Below are positions 8,527-17,333 of a stretch of 64,000 bases of DNA, piece by piece. The notes beneath the pieces were generated by a model. The model made no database searches. It was given only the letters and a program-made list of their open reading frames with translations, and was not told where the DNA came from. Every line of letters starts with the position of its first letter. Positions within the stretch are counted from its first letter, which is position 1. The stretch is taken from the NCBI GenBank assembly GCA_041650855.1, contig JBAZKJ010000002.1:550044-614043 (forward strand). Direction: 5' to 3'. The DNA comes from Candidatus Margulisiibacteriota bacterium. Its GTDB lineage: Bacteria > Margulisbacteria > WOR-1 > O2-12-FULL-45-9 > XYB2-FULL-48-7. The position numbers and the translations under genes were made by a program.

Positions 8527-9301
8527 GGTGGATGTTAGCTATGATATCAGAAGCGGTAAGCGATTGCTCCCCGCAGAGCCTGGCGGCCTGGTCGCCGGCT
8601 AAACCGTGCCAATAAACGCCGGTCACGGCTGCGTCCCAGGCGGAAAAGCCCTGCCCGGCCAGACTGGCGATCATCCCGGTCAGGACATCGCCGGCGCCGG
8701 CGGTCGCCATCCCCGGATTACCGTTTTTATTGATCGCGAACTTCCCGGCCGGCTCGGCGATAACGGTCCGATTACCCTTGAGGACAACGACCGCGCCGAA
8801 CTTCACCGCCGCCTGCAGGGCGATGCCTTGGCGGTTCGCTTGAACGGCCTCGACCGTCAGACCAAGCAATTTGGCCATCTCGCCCGGATGCGGCGTAATA
8901 ACAGCCTGGCTGGCGAACGGCTTGAGCAAATCCGGGCTCTTGGTTAACGCTGGCAAAGCGGTCGCGTCAATTATTAATTTAGAATTTAAAGTCAATAATT
9001 GATGAATTAATTTATTAATATCTTGCTGTGGATCGATGCCGGGGCCAATCGCGACCGAATCCGGCTGGACCTTAGCCAACTCATTAAGGGAAACAACAAT
9101 GACTTCGGGCGTAATGGTGTTGGCAAAGTTGACAAGGTCGTCGGGTACGGCCCAGTAAACAAGCCCGGAACCGGTCCGCAAAGCGGCGCGCGCCGCTAGA
9201 ACGCCGGCGCCGAGCATCCCGCGCGAACCGGCAACGACCAGGACCTTGCCGTAATCGCCTTTATGGCTATCCGGTTTTCGTTTGGGGAGACGCTTTACCA
9301 T
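8504..9301 (-). CDS. nnrD: ADP-dependent NAD(P)H-hydrate dehydratase (YjeF C-terminal domain only)
   Basis: HKGDYGKVLVVAGSRGMLGAGVLAARAALRTGSGLV N-terminal signature of the YjeF_C carbohydrate-kinase fold. 265 aa, stand-alone. Confidence 0.75.
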   Translation of the reverse strand: MVKRLPKRKPDSHKGDYGKVLVVAGSRGMLGAGVLAARAALRTGSGLVYWAVPDDLVNFANTITPEVIVVSLNELAKVQPDSVAIGPGIDPQQDINKLIHQLLTLNSKLIIDATALPALTKSPDLLKPFASQAVITPHPGEMAKLLGLTVEAVQANRQGIALQAAVKFGAVVVLKGNRTVIAEPAGKFAINKNGNPGMATAGAGDVLTGMIASLAGQGFSAWDAAVTGVYWHGLAGDQAARLCGEQSLTASDIIANIHHGLQKSR

Positions 9302-11139
9302 GTGTTAAGGGTGCGGATCTGGGCGGCCATTTGCGAGGTCCTGGCCAGGACCTCGGCCACCTCGGCGCGGGTCATCGCGCGGTTCGGTTCAAAATTCTTA
9401 CCGCTGAGGAAGGTCAGCCAGCCCGCCTCTTTGGCCGCGGCGATCTCGTTATAAGCCCAGGAGCGGCCGTTAATGTCGCTGAACGGCAGGACGGAAAGCC
9501 GCGGTTTGGTCAAACGGTCGAACCGGGCCAGGATCGAGAGCCCTTCGGCCCTGGTCACTTTACTGTTCGGCCGGAAAGTGCTGTCCGGATAGCCTTTGAC
9601 CAGGTTCTCTTTGACCGCTTCGATAATGTGTTGCGCTGCCCAGTGGGTCGCCGGTACGTCCATGAACCCTTGCTGCCAGCCCGGCTTGATCTCGATCCCC
9701 TTGATCCGCATCAGCAGGGCGCAAAGCTCAGCCCGGGTAACGCCCGCTTCGGGCAAAAAAGTGCCGTTCGGGTATCCGGCAATGATGCCGAGCGTCGCCA
9801 GGTTCTCGATCGGCGCCTGCGCCCAGTAATCGGGTGTCACGTCGGTAAAACTCTTGAGGCTTAACAACCGGACCTGGTCGGAACCGAGCGGTGCCCATTT
9901 ATCGCTATACGCCGTGATCTCGATCGTGTTTTTGCCGGGTTTAAGGGGAAGCGCAACGTCGACCTGCTGCTGTTTGAGCGGCGCTTCGAAGCCGCTGATG
10001 GTCAGATGGGCGACCTCGCTCTTTAAGACTTTCCCCTGGAAATCGACCCGCTGGCCGCGGATGACCGTTTTATCGGCCGGCTGCAGGGCGAACAGCGCCC
10101 CTTTGGGCGTCCGGTCCTTCTTGCCGACGCCGTAAGAGATGGAAAAATAATGGGTATCATTGTCGCCCGTTTGGCTGTATTGGTGGAACGCGTAATCGAA
10201 ACGGAAATCGTTGAAGTAAAGGCCCAGGCCGAAGGTCAGGTTATTGGAGGCCTCCAGCGCGCCGGAGGTGCCGGTCCCCACCGTTTCCTGGTCGATGCCG
10301 GCGCGCAGGTCGAGCAGGTCGATCGGCGACCACTCGATCCCGGTGTGATAAAGCGCCGGGATATTCGGCCTGGTCGGCGTGAAATCTCCGTCAAAATTTA
10401 AGCGGACCTCGTGTTTGCCGCGGACCCAGATCCCCTGTTCGCCGAGCAGGTTGACGTTGGCCCCCAGTTTGACGACATGAGGCAAACTCTCTTCCAGTCC
10501 GCTCTTCCAGGTGATCTTGCCCCCCATACCGGCCGGCAGGATGTTCTGCAGGACGAGGCCGAACTTGGTAAATTGCAGCGGCCGGTAGTTGATCCCCAGG
10601 TCAAGATCGTTGCCGGCGGCGCTCCCGTTCGTGATCCCCTGCCCGGTCATGTCGACGCCGAAGAACTTGAGCGTGCCGCCGACCGGCAGTTCGTAAAAGG
10701 TCGCGCCCCAGGAAAGGAGGAACACCCGGTTGTTGTATTCGTAATTCGAACCGGCGCCGCCGGTCGGGATGATCCGGATGCCGTCCACCGCCTCGATCGT
10801 CGCGGCGACCGCGGTAAAGCCGACATTACTGCCGACGTAACCGAAGCCGAACGTGCCGTATTTGGTCGGCACGGCTGTCCCCAGGTTAAGATAATTATAT
10901 TCATTAAGGAATTTGCCCGACATGCTGGTCGCCTGCGGCCGGTTGATCTGGGCAAGCGCGGCCGGATTGGTAAAGATCCCTTCCAGGTCGTCGGCCATGC
11001 CGATGTAGCTTTTGCCCATGCCGAGGATCCGGGCGCCGACCCCGATCCGGGTCGGGTCGTTGGCGACTTTGGTCAAGCCGAACGCCAGCGAAGCGACCGT
11101 GACCAGCAGGAGTAAAGAAACCGGCAGTTTTTTAATCAT
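9295..11139 (-). CDS. Outer-membrane FadL/TodX/PorV-like beta-barrel protein with three C-terminal SLH domains (paralog 2)
   Basis: 614 aa with a signal peptide. Hatch motif ILGMGKSYIGMADDLEGIFTNPAALA. Three C-terminal SLH repeats (FTDVTPDYWAQAPI…, FMDVPATHWAAQHI…TRAEGLSILARF, FSDINGRSWAYNEI…TRAEVAEVLART). The start ATG overlaps the stop of the giant upstream gene by 8 nt. Confidence 0.75.
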   Translation of the reverse strand: MIKKLPVSLLLLVTVASLAFGLTKVANDPTRIGVGARILGMGKSYIGMADDLEGIFTNPAALAQINRPQATSMSGKFLNEYNYLNLGTAVPTKYGTFGFGYVGSNVGFTAVAATIEAVDGIRIIPTGGAGSNYEYNNRVFLLSWGATFYELPVGGTLKFFGVDMTGQGITNGSAAGNDLDLGINYRPLQFTKFGLVLQNILPAGMGGKITWKSGLEESLPHVVKLGANVNLLGEQGIWVRGKHEVRLNFDGDFTPTRPNIPALYHTGIEWSPIDLLDLRAGIDQETVGTGTSGALEASNNLTFGLGLYFNDFRFDYAFHQYSQTGDNDTHYFSISYGVGKKDRTPKGALFALQPADKTVIRGQRVDFQGKVLKSEVAHLTISGFEAPLKQQQVDVALPLKPGKNTIEITAYSDKWAPLGSDQVRLLSLKSFTDVTPDYWAQAPIENLATLGIIAGYPNGTFLPEAGVTRAELCALLMRIKGIEIKPGWQQGFMDVPATHWAAQHIIEAVKENLVKGYPDSTFRPNSKVTRAEGLSILARFDRLTKPRLSVLPFSDINGRSWAYNEIAAAKEAGWLTFLSGKNFEPNRAMTRAEVAEVLARTSQMAAQIRTLNTW

Positions 11140-14100
11140 ATATAACGATATGCCCCTTACCGATCACCTTGCCGCCGGCCATGATCCGGAAAACGTAGAT
11201 CCCGTTCCCCAGCGCCAGGCCGGAAGTATCGGAAAGACCGTTGAACGCGATGGCGTTATAGCCGGCCATCCCGCCGTTGGTCCCGGTCGCGTACCGCCGG
11301 TTCCAGACCGGTTCGCCGGCCGGGCCAAAGATGACGAGATTGACGTCGGCGTCCTGGTTCAGGTTATACGCGACCGTCGTGGTCACGTCGCGGGCGATCG
11401 AGTAAGTTGTCGGGTAGACCGAAACCGCGCCGACCAGGGCCGTAGAACTGCCCGCGGCGACCACTTTCAGGCCGGTTACGAGCTTGTTCAGCGAACCGCC
11501 CTCTATGTCGTTCGCCTCCACGCTGATGCTGTGGGCCATGACCGTTTCGTCCTCCAGTTCCCCCGCCGGCTGGAAGATCAGAGTGTAATCCCGGTCGGAG
11601 TTGGCAACGATATAAGGATTGACCAGCGCGCCGTCGAGGTGCATCTTCAGCGAACTCGCTTCGAGCGAAACGTCGTCGGTAATATTGGCTTTGAACGTCG
11701 GCCGTTTCATAACGTAATCGCCGTTCCGGAGATCGGCGTTATTGGCCTTGAGCGAAGCGGCCAGCTTGCCGGCGACGGTGGTGAAGGTCGAACTGAACGC
11801 CGTCAAGCTGTTGCCGATCAGGTCGACGGCGCCCGGGCCGATCGTCACGGTATAATTGCCGCTCCGCGCCAGGATCGCCGCCGGCGTAAAGGTCATCGTC
11901 TGGCCGTCGCTGCTCCAGCTGAAAGCGCCCGCCGCCGTGGCGACCGCCGTCAGGGTAAAAGCGTTCTGGGCCGCCTCCCGGCTCATCTCTTTGGAGAAGG
12001 TGACGATCACTTCGGCGGTAGTCGGGACATTGGTCGCACTACCGGCCGGGACGATCGCCGTCACCGTCGGCCGTACAACGTCGATCGTAAAATCAGCGGC
12101 GCTGATCGCCGTCGCTTCCCGGGTGACCTGGTCGACCGCGCTGACCCTGATCCGGCCGCTGGTCGTGGCCAGGGACGGCACGGTCCACTCGTAGGTCCCG
12201 GTATTGGTCAGGCCGGATGCTACCGTCGACCAGCTGCCCCCGCCGTCACTGGAGAATTGGATAGTGATCGGCGCGGCTGCCAGGCCGACCGTGTCGGACG
12301 CGCTCCACCTGATCGGATAGGTCGCCCCCACCCGCTCGCCGCCGTTGGGCGCGATCACCTCAGCGGTCGGTGGACGGGCGTCAAGCAGGAAGGCGCCGCT
12401 TTCGCCGGTGCCAAGCTGGCCGTAACCATCGAGACCGGTAACTTTAATCCTCATGTTCGCCGATTCAAAGGTCGGAACGGTATTGATATAATACGGTTCA
12501 TTCGTCGGTACGCTGGTATCGATCAGGATGTAATCCGTCCCGCCGTTAAGCGAGTAATAGATCGAGGCGCTGTTCGCCTGGACGCCGTTCGGCCCTCCCA
12601 TCGCAAAGACGATGGGGGTGGCGGGAATGTTTTCGGTCTTGTATTTTCCACCGGCAACGGGATTGGTTACCGTAACGGTTGGCCCCTCCTGGGTCGGCGT
12701 AGTCGCACTAGCCACGCCGGACTCGGAGCTGGCGTCGATCTTCCAGGCCCGGACAAAACGGTTATAAGTACTGCTGCCGGTCATCCCCGCTTCGACCGTC
12801 GAGGCGACGCCGTGCGGCGCTTCGGCCACCACCGCGCCGGTCTCGGCGCTGACCACCTGGTAAACGGATTCCCAGGTCGTGTTGCCGGTCCAGCTCCAGC
12901 GGACCGTGTTGGCCGATTCGGCGGTGCCGACCAGGCCGGTCGGCGCTGCGGGCGTGACCGTTCCCCAACCGATAAAATCGTCGTAAACTATGTAATCGGA
13001 GACTTTTTGCCCCTGCCCGACCGGATTAAAATAACGGCCGCTCGCCCGGTTATCTTCCGGATCGTACGGCCCGGTCGGTTCGCCCCAATCGGTCCGGTTA
13101 AAATAATGCATTGTGCCGCTGTTGTTATTATAGATCGCGTATTTAGTCTCCCGGTCGCCATAGATCGACGCGTTCGCTTCAATGGTGCCGTCCGTCATAA
13201 CGACAGGGCCGGCACCGGTGATCAGCAGGCCGTAACCGCCGTTGTTAACTATCGTATTATTGGCGCCCGAAATGGGACCGCTGGTCGTATGCTGGATCGC
13301 GTCGCCGGTGCAATTGGCGATCTCATTGCCGCTGATGTAGGTCGTATAAAAAGGCTGAGAGACCATGATGCCGTTGCTGTTGCCGAGCGCGCCGCCGGCC
13401 GCGGTCACCCCGAACCGGTTATTATTGATCTGCGTATTATCGATGTTGTAACCGACGACCAGGCCGAAACCGGTATTGCCGGAGATCAGGTTGTTCAAGA
13501 CCTGATTGCCGCTATTGGACGCGCCACCCGCGTTATAGCAGGACATCAAGATGCCGCCCACGGAATTCGGCAGCGCGCCTGATCCGTTCTTGTTCAGGCC
13601 GATATAATTTCCCTGGATCGTGTTAGAGTTCAGCGCCGTGGTATAGCTGTAGGAATCGTAGCCCAGCACGACGCCGTAGCCGCCGTTGCCGGAGATGATG
13701 TTCCGCTCGCCTTCGGCCGTGCCGCCGATCGTATTGAAATTGGCGGTCGTCGGAAAGATCATCACACCGCCGTAGTTACCGACACCATAGGAATTATTGG
13801 GGATCATCCCGTAACCGGAAGCGTTGGTCCCGATGTGGTTCCCTTTGACCGAAAGATAGTCACCGTGCAGCTCCACGCCGGAATTAAAATTGCCGGAGAT
13901 CACGTTCCCCTCGCCCGTCGCGCCGCCGCCGATATCGTTGTACATTCCGCCCAGATAAACACCGTACATGTTCGGCAAAGCGCTGTTGGAGGTCTTGTCC
14001 ACGCCGACATAATTGCCCAGGATCCGGTTATACGCGGTGCCGGACGCGGGATAACTCGGGCTGCTAACGTTTATGCCGTAATTCTGGCCGGCGATCACGT

Positions 14101-16003
14101 TGCGCGCTTCCAGCGTGGCGCCGCCGATCAGTTGGTAGCTCGAATCGGCAAGATAGACACCGTAGTCCGTATAATATGAACCGGAATACCCGGGCAGGAT
14201 GCTGGTCCCGTCGGCGTCGGTCCCGATCAGGTTCCCTTGGACCGTGTTGCCGATAAGCGAATAATTGAGATAAACATTGATATTGTTACAGCTGATCAAG
14301 TTCCCGGCGCCCTCCTGCGTTCCGCCGATCATACAGCCGTAGGAATTATAGGCGTATATGCCGATCATATTTTGCAGGCGGCCGGTCCCGGCCTGGTTCG
14401 TGCCGATCCGGTTCCCCCGGATCTCCGCGCTCGACGTGTTCATGACCTGGATCGCGTAATAGGCATTGCCGGAGATCACGTTCCCCTCGCCGCTGCCGCT
14501 CCCGCCGATCCGGTTGTAAGGCGCTTCCAGCTTGATGCCGTTATAATTACTAAGATAATCCGTGCCGGTCTTGTCTGTGCCGATATAATTACCGATCAGC
14601 CTGTTGTTCTGTGACGTGCCGGAAGCGCATATGCCGAAATAATTTGAGCCGGAGCCGTTGCCGGAGATGATGTTCCGCTCGCCTTCGGTCGTGCCGCCGA
14701 TCGTGTTGTAACTGGAATTGTTGACGTAAACCCCATGATAATTGTTGGGGATGGGGCTGTCTCCCAGACAATTGGTGCCGATATAGTTCCCCTTGACCTC
14801 GTTGCTGGTTCCGCCGTATAAATAAAGGCCGTACCGGGTGTTGCCGGAGATCAGGTTACCCTCGCCGGCATTTCCGCCGCCGATCTGGTTGTAAGGCCCT
14901 TCCACCCTGATCCCGTTATAGTTGGCCAGAGCGTATGTCCCGTTCTTGGTGGTGCCGATGTAATTGCCAAAGACGCGGTTGTGTTGAGCGGTTCCCATGA
15001 TCCAGAGGCCGTAATAATTCGAGGTGCCGTTACCCGATATGACGTTCCGCTCCCCTTCGGCGCTCCCGCCGATCAGGTTCAGGTTCGCATTAGTAATATA
15101 TACCCCGGCGTAGTAATTGGCGATAGCCGTGATCCCGTCGGCGTCGGTCCCGATGTAGTTCCCCTTGACCTCGTTGCTGAGCGCGGTCGTGCCCATGATC
15201 TGGACGCCGACGTTATTGCCGGAGATCAGGTTCCGTTCGGCTTCCGTCGCCCCGCCGATAATGTTGCTGAAGCAATTCACGCCGTCGCCGTAGAGGTTGA
15301 CAGCCGCACCGACAGCGCTTGCTACGGCGCGGCTGCCGGTCCGGTTAACGCCGAGATAATTCCCCTTGATCAGGTTGCCGATACTCCCGGTACATTGAAT
15401 CCCGCAGCTGTTATTGCCGGAGATCAGGTTCCTGGCTTCCGTGGCGTAGCCGCCGACCAGGTTGTAGTTGCCGTGGAGCCAGATGCCGGCGATCGCGGTC
15501 GTGGTGTCAACCTCGCCGGTCGCGTCGGTGCCGAAATAACAGCCGCGGATCGTGTTGTAATCGGTGCCGCAGTCGATCGTGTAGCCGCCTTTGTAGTAAC
15601 TAAAGACCATCCCTTCGATCGTATTACCGTTAGAATAGAGCGCGATCCCGGGGCTGCCTTCGCTGACCTCCGAGGAAATAACGATCTCCGGCCCGTAAGG
15701 ATTGGTATTGCCCTGGTTAATGGTCTGGGTGGAGCCGTTAATATAGATGTTAGGGTTGCTGACCACCAACGAGGTCATTAATTTAATGATCCAGGCGTGA
15801 CCGCCGGGGATCGCTTCGTAACTAAGGTCGGTGGCCGGGATATTGAACTCGATGATCCGGCCGGAAGTGGAAGAGGTTATCCCCTCGCGCAGGGACCCGG
15901 CCCCGGAATCGTTACAATTGGTTACGGTATAAGTATCGGCCGGCGAACTTGAGGTAAAAAACAGGACAAGCGCCAACGCACCCAGGAGCAATCTCGCTCT
16001 CAT
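11132..16003 (-). CDS. Giant secreted right-handed parallel beta-helix repeat surface protein with Ig-like domains and a FlgD-Ig / T9SS-CTD-like C-terminal domain
   Basis: 1623 aa with a signal peptide (MRARLLLGALALVLFFTSSSPA). About 15 tandem ~63-aa repeats of GNYIGT…IGG..EGERN(I/L)ISGN. Ig-like middle region. The last about 90 aa (…VWNRRYATGTNGGMAGYNAIAFNGLSDTSGLALGNGIYVFRIMAGGKVIGKGHIVIYD) match the FlgD-Ig / por-secretion-tail-like pattern. Confidence 0.8.
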   Translation of the reverse strand: MRARLLLGALALVLFFTSSSPADTYTVTNCNDSGAGSLREGITSSTSGRIIEFNIPATDLSYEAIPGGHAWIIKLMTSLVVSNPNIYINGSTQTINQGNTNPYGPEIVISSEVSEGSPGIALYSNGNTIEGMVFSYYKGGYTIDCGTDYNTIRGCYFGTDATGEVDTTTAIAGIWLHGNYNLVGGYATEARNLISGNNSCGIQCTGSIGNLIKGNYLGVNRTGSRAVASAVGAAVNLYGDGVNCFSNIIGGATEAERNLISGNNVGVQIMGTTALSNEVKGNYIGTDADGITAIANYYAGVYITNANLNLIGGSAEGERNVISGNGTSNYYGLWIMGTAQHNRVFGNYIGTTKNGTYALANYNGIRVEGPYNQIGGGNAGEGNLISGNTRYGLYLYGGTSNEVKGNYIGTNCLGDSPIPNNYHGVYVNNSSYNTIGGTTEGERNIISGNGSGSNYFGICASGTSQNNRLIGNYIGTDKTGTDYLSNYNGIKLEAPYNRIGGSGSGEGNVISGNAYYAIQVMNTSSAEIRGNRIGTNQAGTGRLQNMIGIYAYNSYGCMIGGTQEGAGNLISCNNINVYLNYSLIGNTVQGNLIGTDADGTSILPGYSGSYYTDYGVYLADSSYQLIGGATLEARNVIAGQNYGINVSSPSYPASGTAYNRILGNYVGVDKTSNSALPNMYGVYLGGMYNDIGGGATGEGNVISGNFNSGVELHGDYLSVKGNHIGTNASGYGMIPNNSYGVGNYGGVMIFPTTANFNTIGGTAEGERNIISGNGGYGVVLGYDSYSYTTALNSNTIQGNYIGLNKNGSGALPNSVGGILMSCYNAGGASNSGNQVLNNLISGNTGFGLVVGYNIDNTQINNNRFGVTAAGGALGNSNGIMVSQPFYTTYISGNEIANCTGDAIQHTTSGPISGANNTIVNNGGYGLLITGAGPVVMTDGTIEANASIYGDRETKYAIYNNNSGTMHYFNRTDWGEPTGPYDPEDNRASGRYFNPVGQGQKVSDYIVYDDFIGWGTVTPAAPTGLVGTAESANTVRWSWTGNTTWESVYQVVSAETGAVVAEAPHGVASTVEAGMTGSSTYNRFVRAWKIDASSESGVASATTPTQEGPTVTVTNPVAGGKYKTENIPATPIVFAMGGPNGVQANSASIYYSLNGGTDYILIDTSVPTNEPYYINTVPTFESANMRIKVTGLDGYGQLGTGESGAFLLDARPPTAEVIAPNGGERVGATYPIRWSASDTVGLAAAPITIQFSSDGGGSWSTVASGLTNTGTYEWTVPSLATTSGRIRVSAVDQVTREATAISAADFTIDVVRPTVTAIVPAGSATNVPTTAEVIVTFSKEMSREAAQNAFTLTAVATAAGAFSWSSDGQTMTFTPAAILARSGNYTVTIGPGAVDLIGNSLTAFSSTFTTVAGKLAASLKANNADLRNGDYVMKRPTFKANITDDVSLEASSLKMHLDGALVNPYIVANSDRDYTLIFQPAGELEDETVMAHSISVEANDIEGGSLNKLVTGLKVVAAGSSTALVGAVSVYPTTYSIARDVTTTVAYNLNQDADVNLVIFGPAGEPVWNRRYATGTNGGMAGYNAIAFNGLSDTSGLALGNGIYVFRIMAGGKVIGKGHIVIYD
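13200..15700 (-). repeat. Tandem intragenic DNA repeats (about 190 bp unit, about 380 bp super-unit) encoding beta-helix coils
   Basis: Near-identical blocks recur, e.g. gccggagatcacgttcccctcgcc…ccgccgatc at about 13895, 14465 and 14840, and gccggagatgatgttccgctcgccttcgg at about 13690, 14660 and 15030. Confidence 0.6.
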
Positions 16004-16044
16004 GATGAGAAATTATAACAAAAATAGCAACAACTATGCAACTT
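16004..16044 (-). promoter_or_regulatory. Sigma70-like promoter with extended -10 (TGtTATAAT) directly abutting the start codon of the giant gene
   Basis: Minus strand: -35 TTGCAT (plus coords 16036-16041), 18 nt spacer, TG + TATAAT (16012-16020). Only 8 nt separate the -10 from ATG at 16003, which suggests a leaderless transcript. AT-rich island in otherwise GC-rich DNA. Confidence 0.35.
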
Positions 16045-16419
16045 TTAATTTTCCAGTACGACGAAAGCGATCGCCTGGTCGCGGCTGTGGGAGAGGGAAA
16101 CGTGGATCTTCTTGTTGACCCGCCCCTTGACGGCGATCAGCGGTTTGCCCCGTTTATCGTTGACGACCTCGACATCAAGCCAGCCGACCCCTTTGTTCGA
16201 GCGGCCGAACCCCCTGATCCCCGTGCCGAGCGCCTTGGAATAGGCCTCTTTGGCCGCGAAGCGGACCGCCAGTTCGGGATAACGGTAGCTTTTCAGCAGC
16301 TGGCAGTAGAGGATCTCGCTCGGGGTGTAGACTTTTTGCAGGAAACTTTTGCCGTGCTTCTGCACGGCTTTCTTGATCCGCCCGATCTCGATGATATCGA
16401 CGCCGACGCCGGTGATCAT
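16045..16419 (-). CDS. acpS: Holo-[acyl-carrier-protein] synthase
   Basis: MITGVGVDIIEIGRIKKAV… the canonical AcpS N-terminus, about 125 aa. The longer ORF-track version (288 aa) is a GC-driven extension. Confidence 0.75.
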   Translation of the reverse strand: MITGVGVDIIEIGRIKKAVQKHGKSFLQKVYTPSEILYCQLLKSYRYPELAVRFAAKEAYSKALGTGIRGFGRSNKGVGWLDVEVVNDKRGKPLIAVKGRVNKKIHVSLSHSRDQAIAFVVLEN

Positions 16420-17333
16420 TAATAAACGGGTGTTACCCAGTCGGCGTACTTGGGGTTGTCGCCGCGCGCGGCGGCAAAGTAGAGGCTCTGCAGTTTCATG
16501 GTGACCGGCCCCGGCTTGCCGCTGCCGATCCGTTTTCCGTCGACGTCGACGATCGGCGAGACCTGGGCGCCGGTGCCGCAGAAGAAGAGCTCGTCGGCCG
16601 TATAAAGCTCGTCCTGCTTGATCTGCCGTTCCGCCGTTTTGACCCCCAGCTCTTTCTCCGCCAGCGTCATAATGCAGACGCGCGTGATGCCGGGGAGGAT
16701 CGTTTCTGAGAGCGGCGGCGTGATCAGCTTGCCGTCCTTGACCACAAAAAGATTTTCCCCCGAACCTTCCGCCACCGTTCTCTGGTGCGACAGGAGGATC
16801 GCTTCGTCGAACCCTTTTTCCAGCGCCTCGGCCTTGGCCAGCGACGAGTTGAAATACGCGCCGTTGATCTTGGCCCCCTGCGGCGCGGACTTCTCGGATA
16901 TCCGCCACCATTTGGAGACGCAGACCCTGATCCCCTTGCTAATGTCGAGATAAGCGCCGAACGGCGACACGAACATGCAGAAATCCTCTTCAATGCCGGT
17001 CAGGCCCAGCCCGATCTTCTCCTGCGATTTGTAGTAGATCGGCCGGATGTAGATGTCTTCCTTATAGTCGTTCTTCCGGCAGAGCTCGAGGGTGATCTTT
17101 TCCAGTTCCGACAACGAATACTTGACGGAAGAATGGAGCGCCAGTTTGGTCGACGTCTCCAGCCGCTGGTAATGATCGCGCAGCTTGACGATGTACATGT
17201 TGCTCTTTTCGGCGTTCCAGTAGCCGCGGATCCCTTCGAACACGCCGGTCCCGTAGTTGAAAGCGTGGGTCATGATCCCGATCTTCGCTTCGCTGAACGG
17301 GACGATCTTGCCTTTGAAGAACGCGTACTTCAT
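16419..17333 (-). CDS. ilvE: Branched-chain amino acid aminotransferase
   Basis: NYGTGVFEGIRGYW and fold-type IV PLP enzyme features. 304 aa. Confidence 0.8.
   Translation of the reverse strand: MKYAFFKGKIVPFSEAKIGIMTHAFNYGTGVFEGIRGYWNAEKSNMYIVKLRDHYQRLETSTKLALHSSVKYSLSELEKITLELCRKNDYKEDIYIRPIYYKSQEKIGLGLTGIEEDFCMFVSPFGAYLDISKGIRVCVSKWWRISEKSAPQGAKINGAYFNSSLAKAEALEKGFDEAILLSHQRTVAEGSGENLFVVKDGKLITPPLSETILPGITRVCIMTLAEKELGVKTAERQIKQDELYTADELFFCGTGAQVSPIVDVDGKRIGSGKPGPVTMKLQSLYFAAARGDNPKYADWVTPVY

Noticed and set aside
11012-13582. 856-aa plus-strand ORF (and similar long plus-strand ORFs at 14981..15781, 18864..20534, 20874..21905, 23808..24887, 42603..44972, 45140..46219, 51257..53197, 58415..59995, 6013..7014)
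   Set aside because: These lie antisense to well-supported minus-strand genes. Their products are Arg/Gly/Asp/Pro-rich with RRRR/GDRD runs and no recognisable domains. Long stop-free antisense frames are expected at about 62% GC.
13200-15700. Regularly spaced DNA repeats considered as a possible CRISPR array or mobile element
   Set aside because: The repeats are in-frame coding repeats of a beta-helix protein. They have no unique spacers, no cas genes and a variable period.
16036-16422. 128-aa plus-strand ORF, plus the 288-aa minus-strand extended ORF 16045..16911
   Set aside because: acpS (MITGVGVDIIEIGRI…) occupies 16045..16419 on the minus strand. The 288-aa version is an N-terminal extension through ilvE in a junk frame. 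The plus-strand ORF is antisense.
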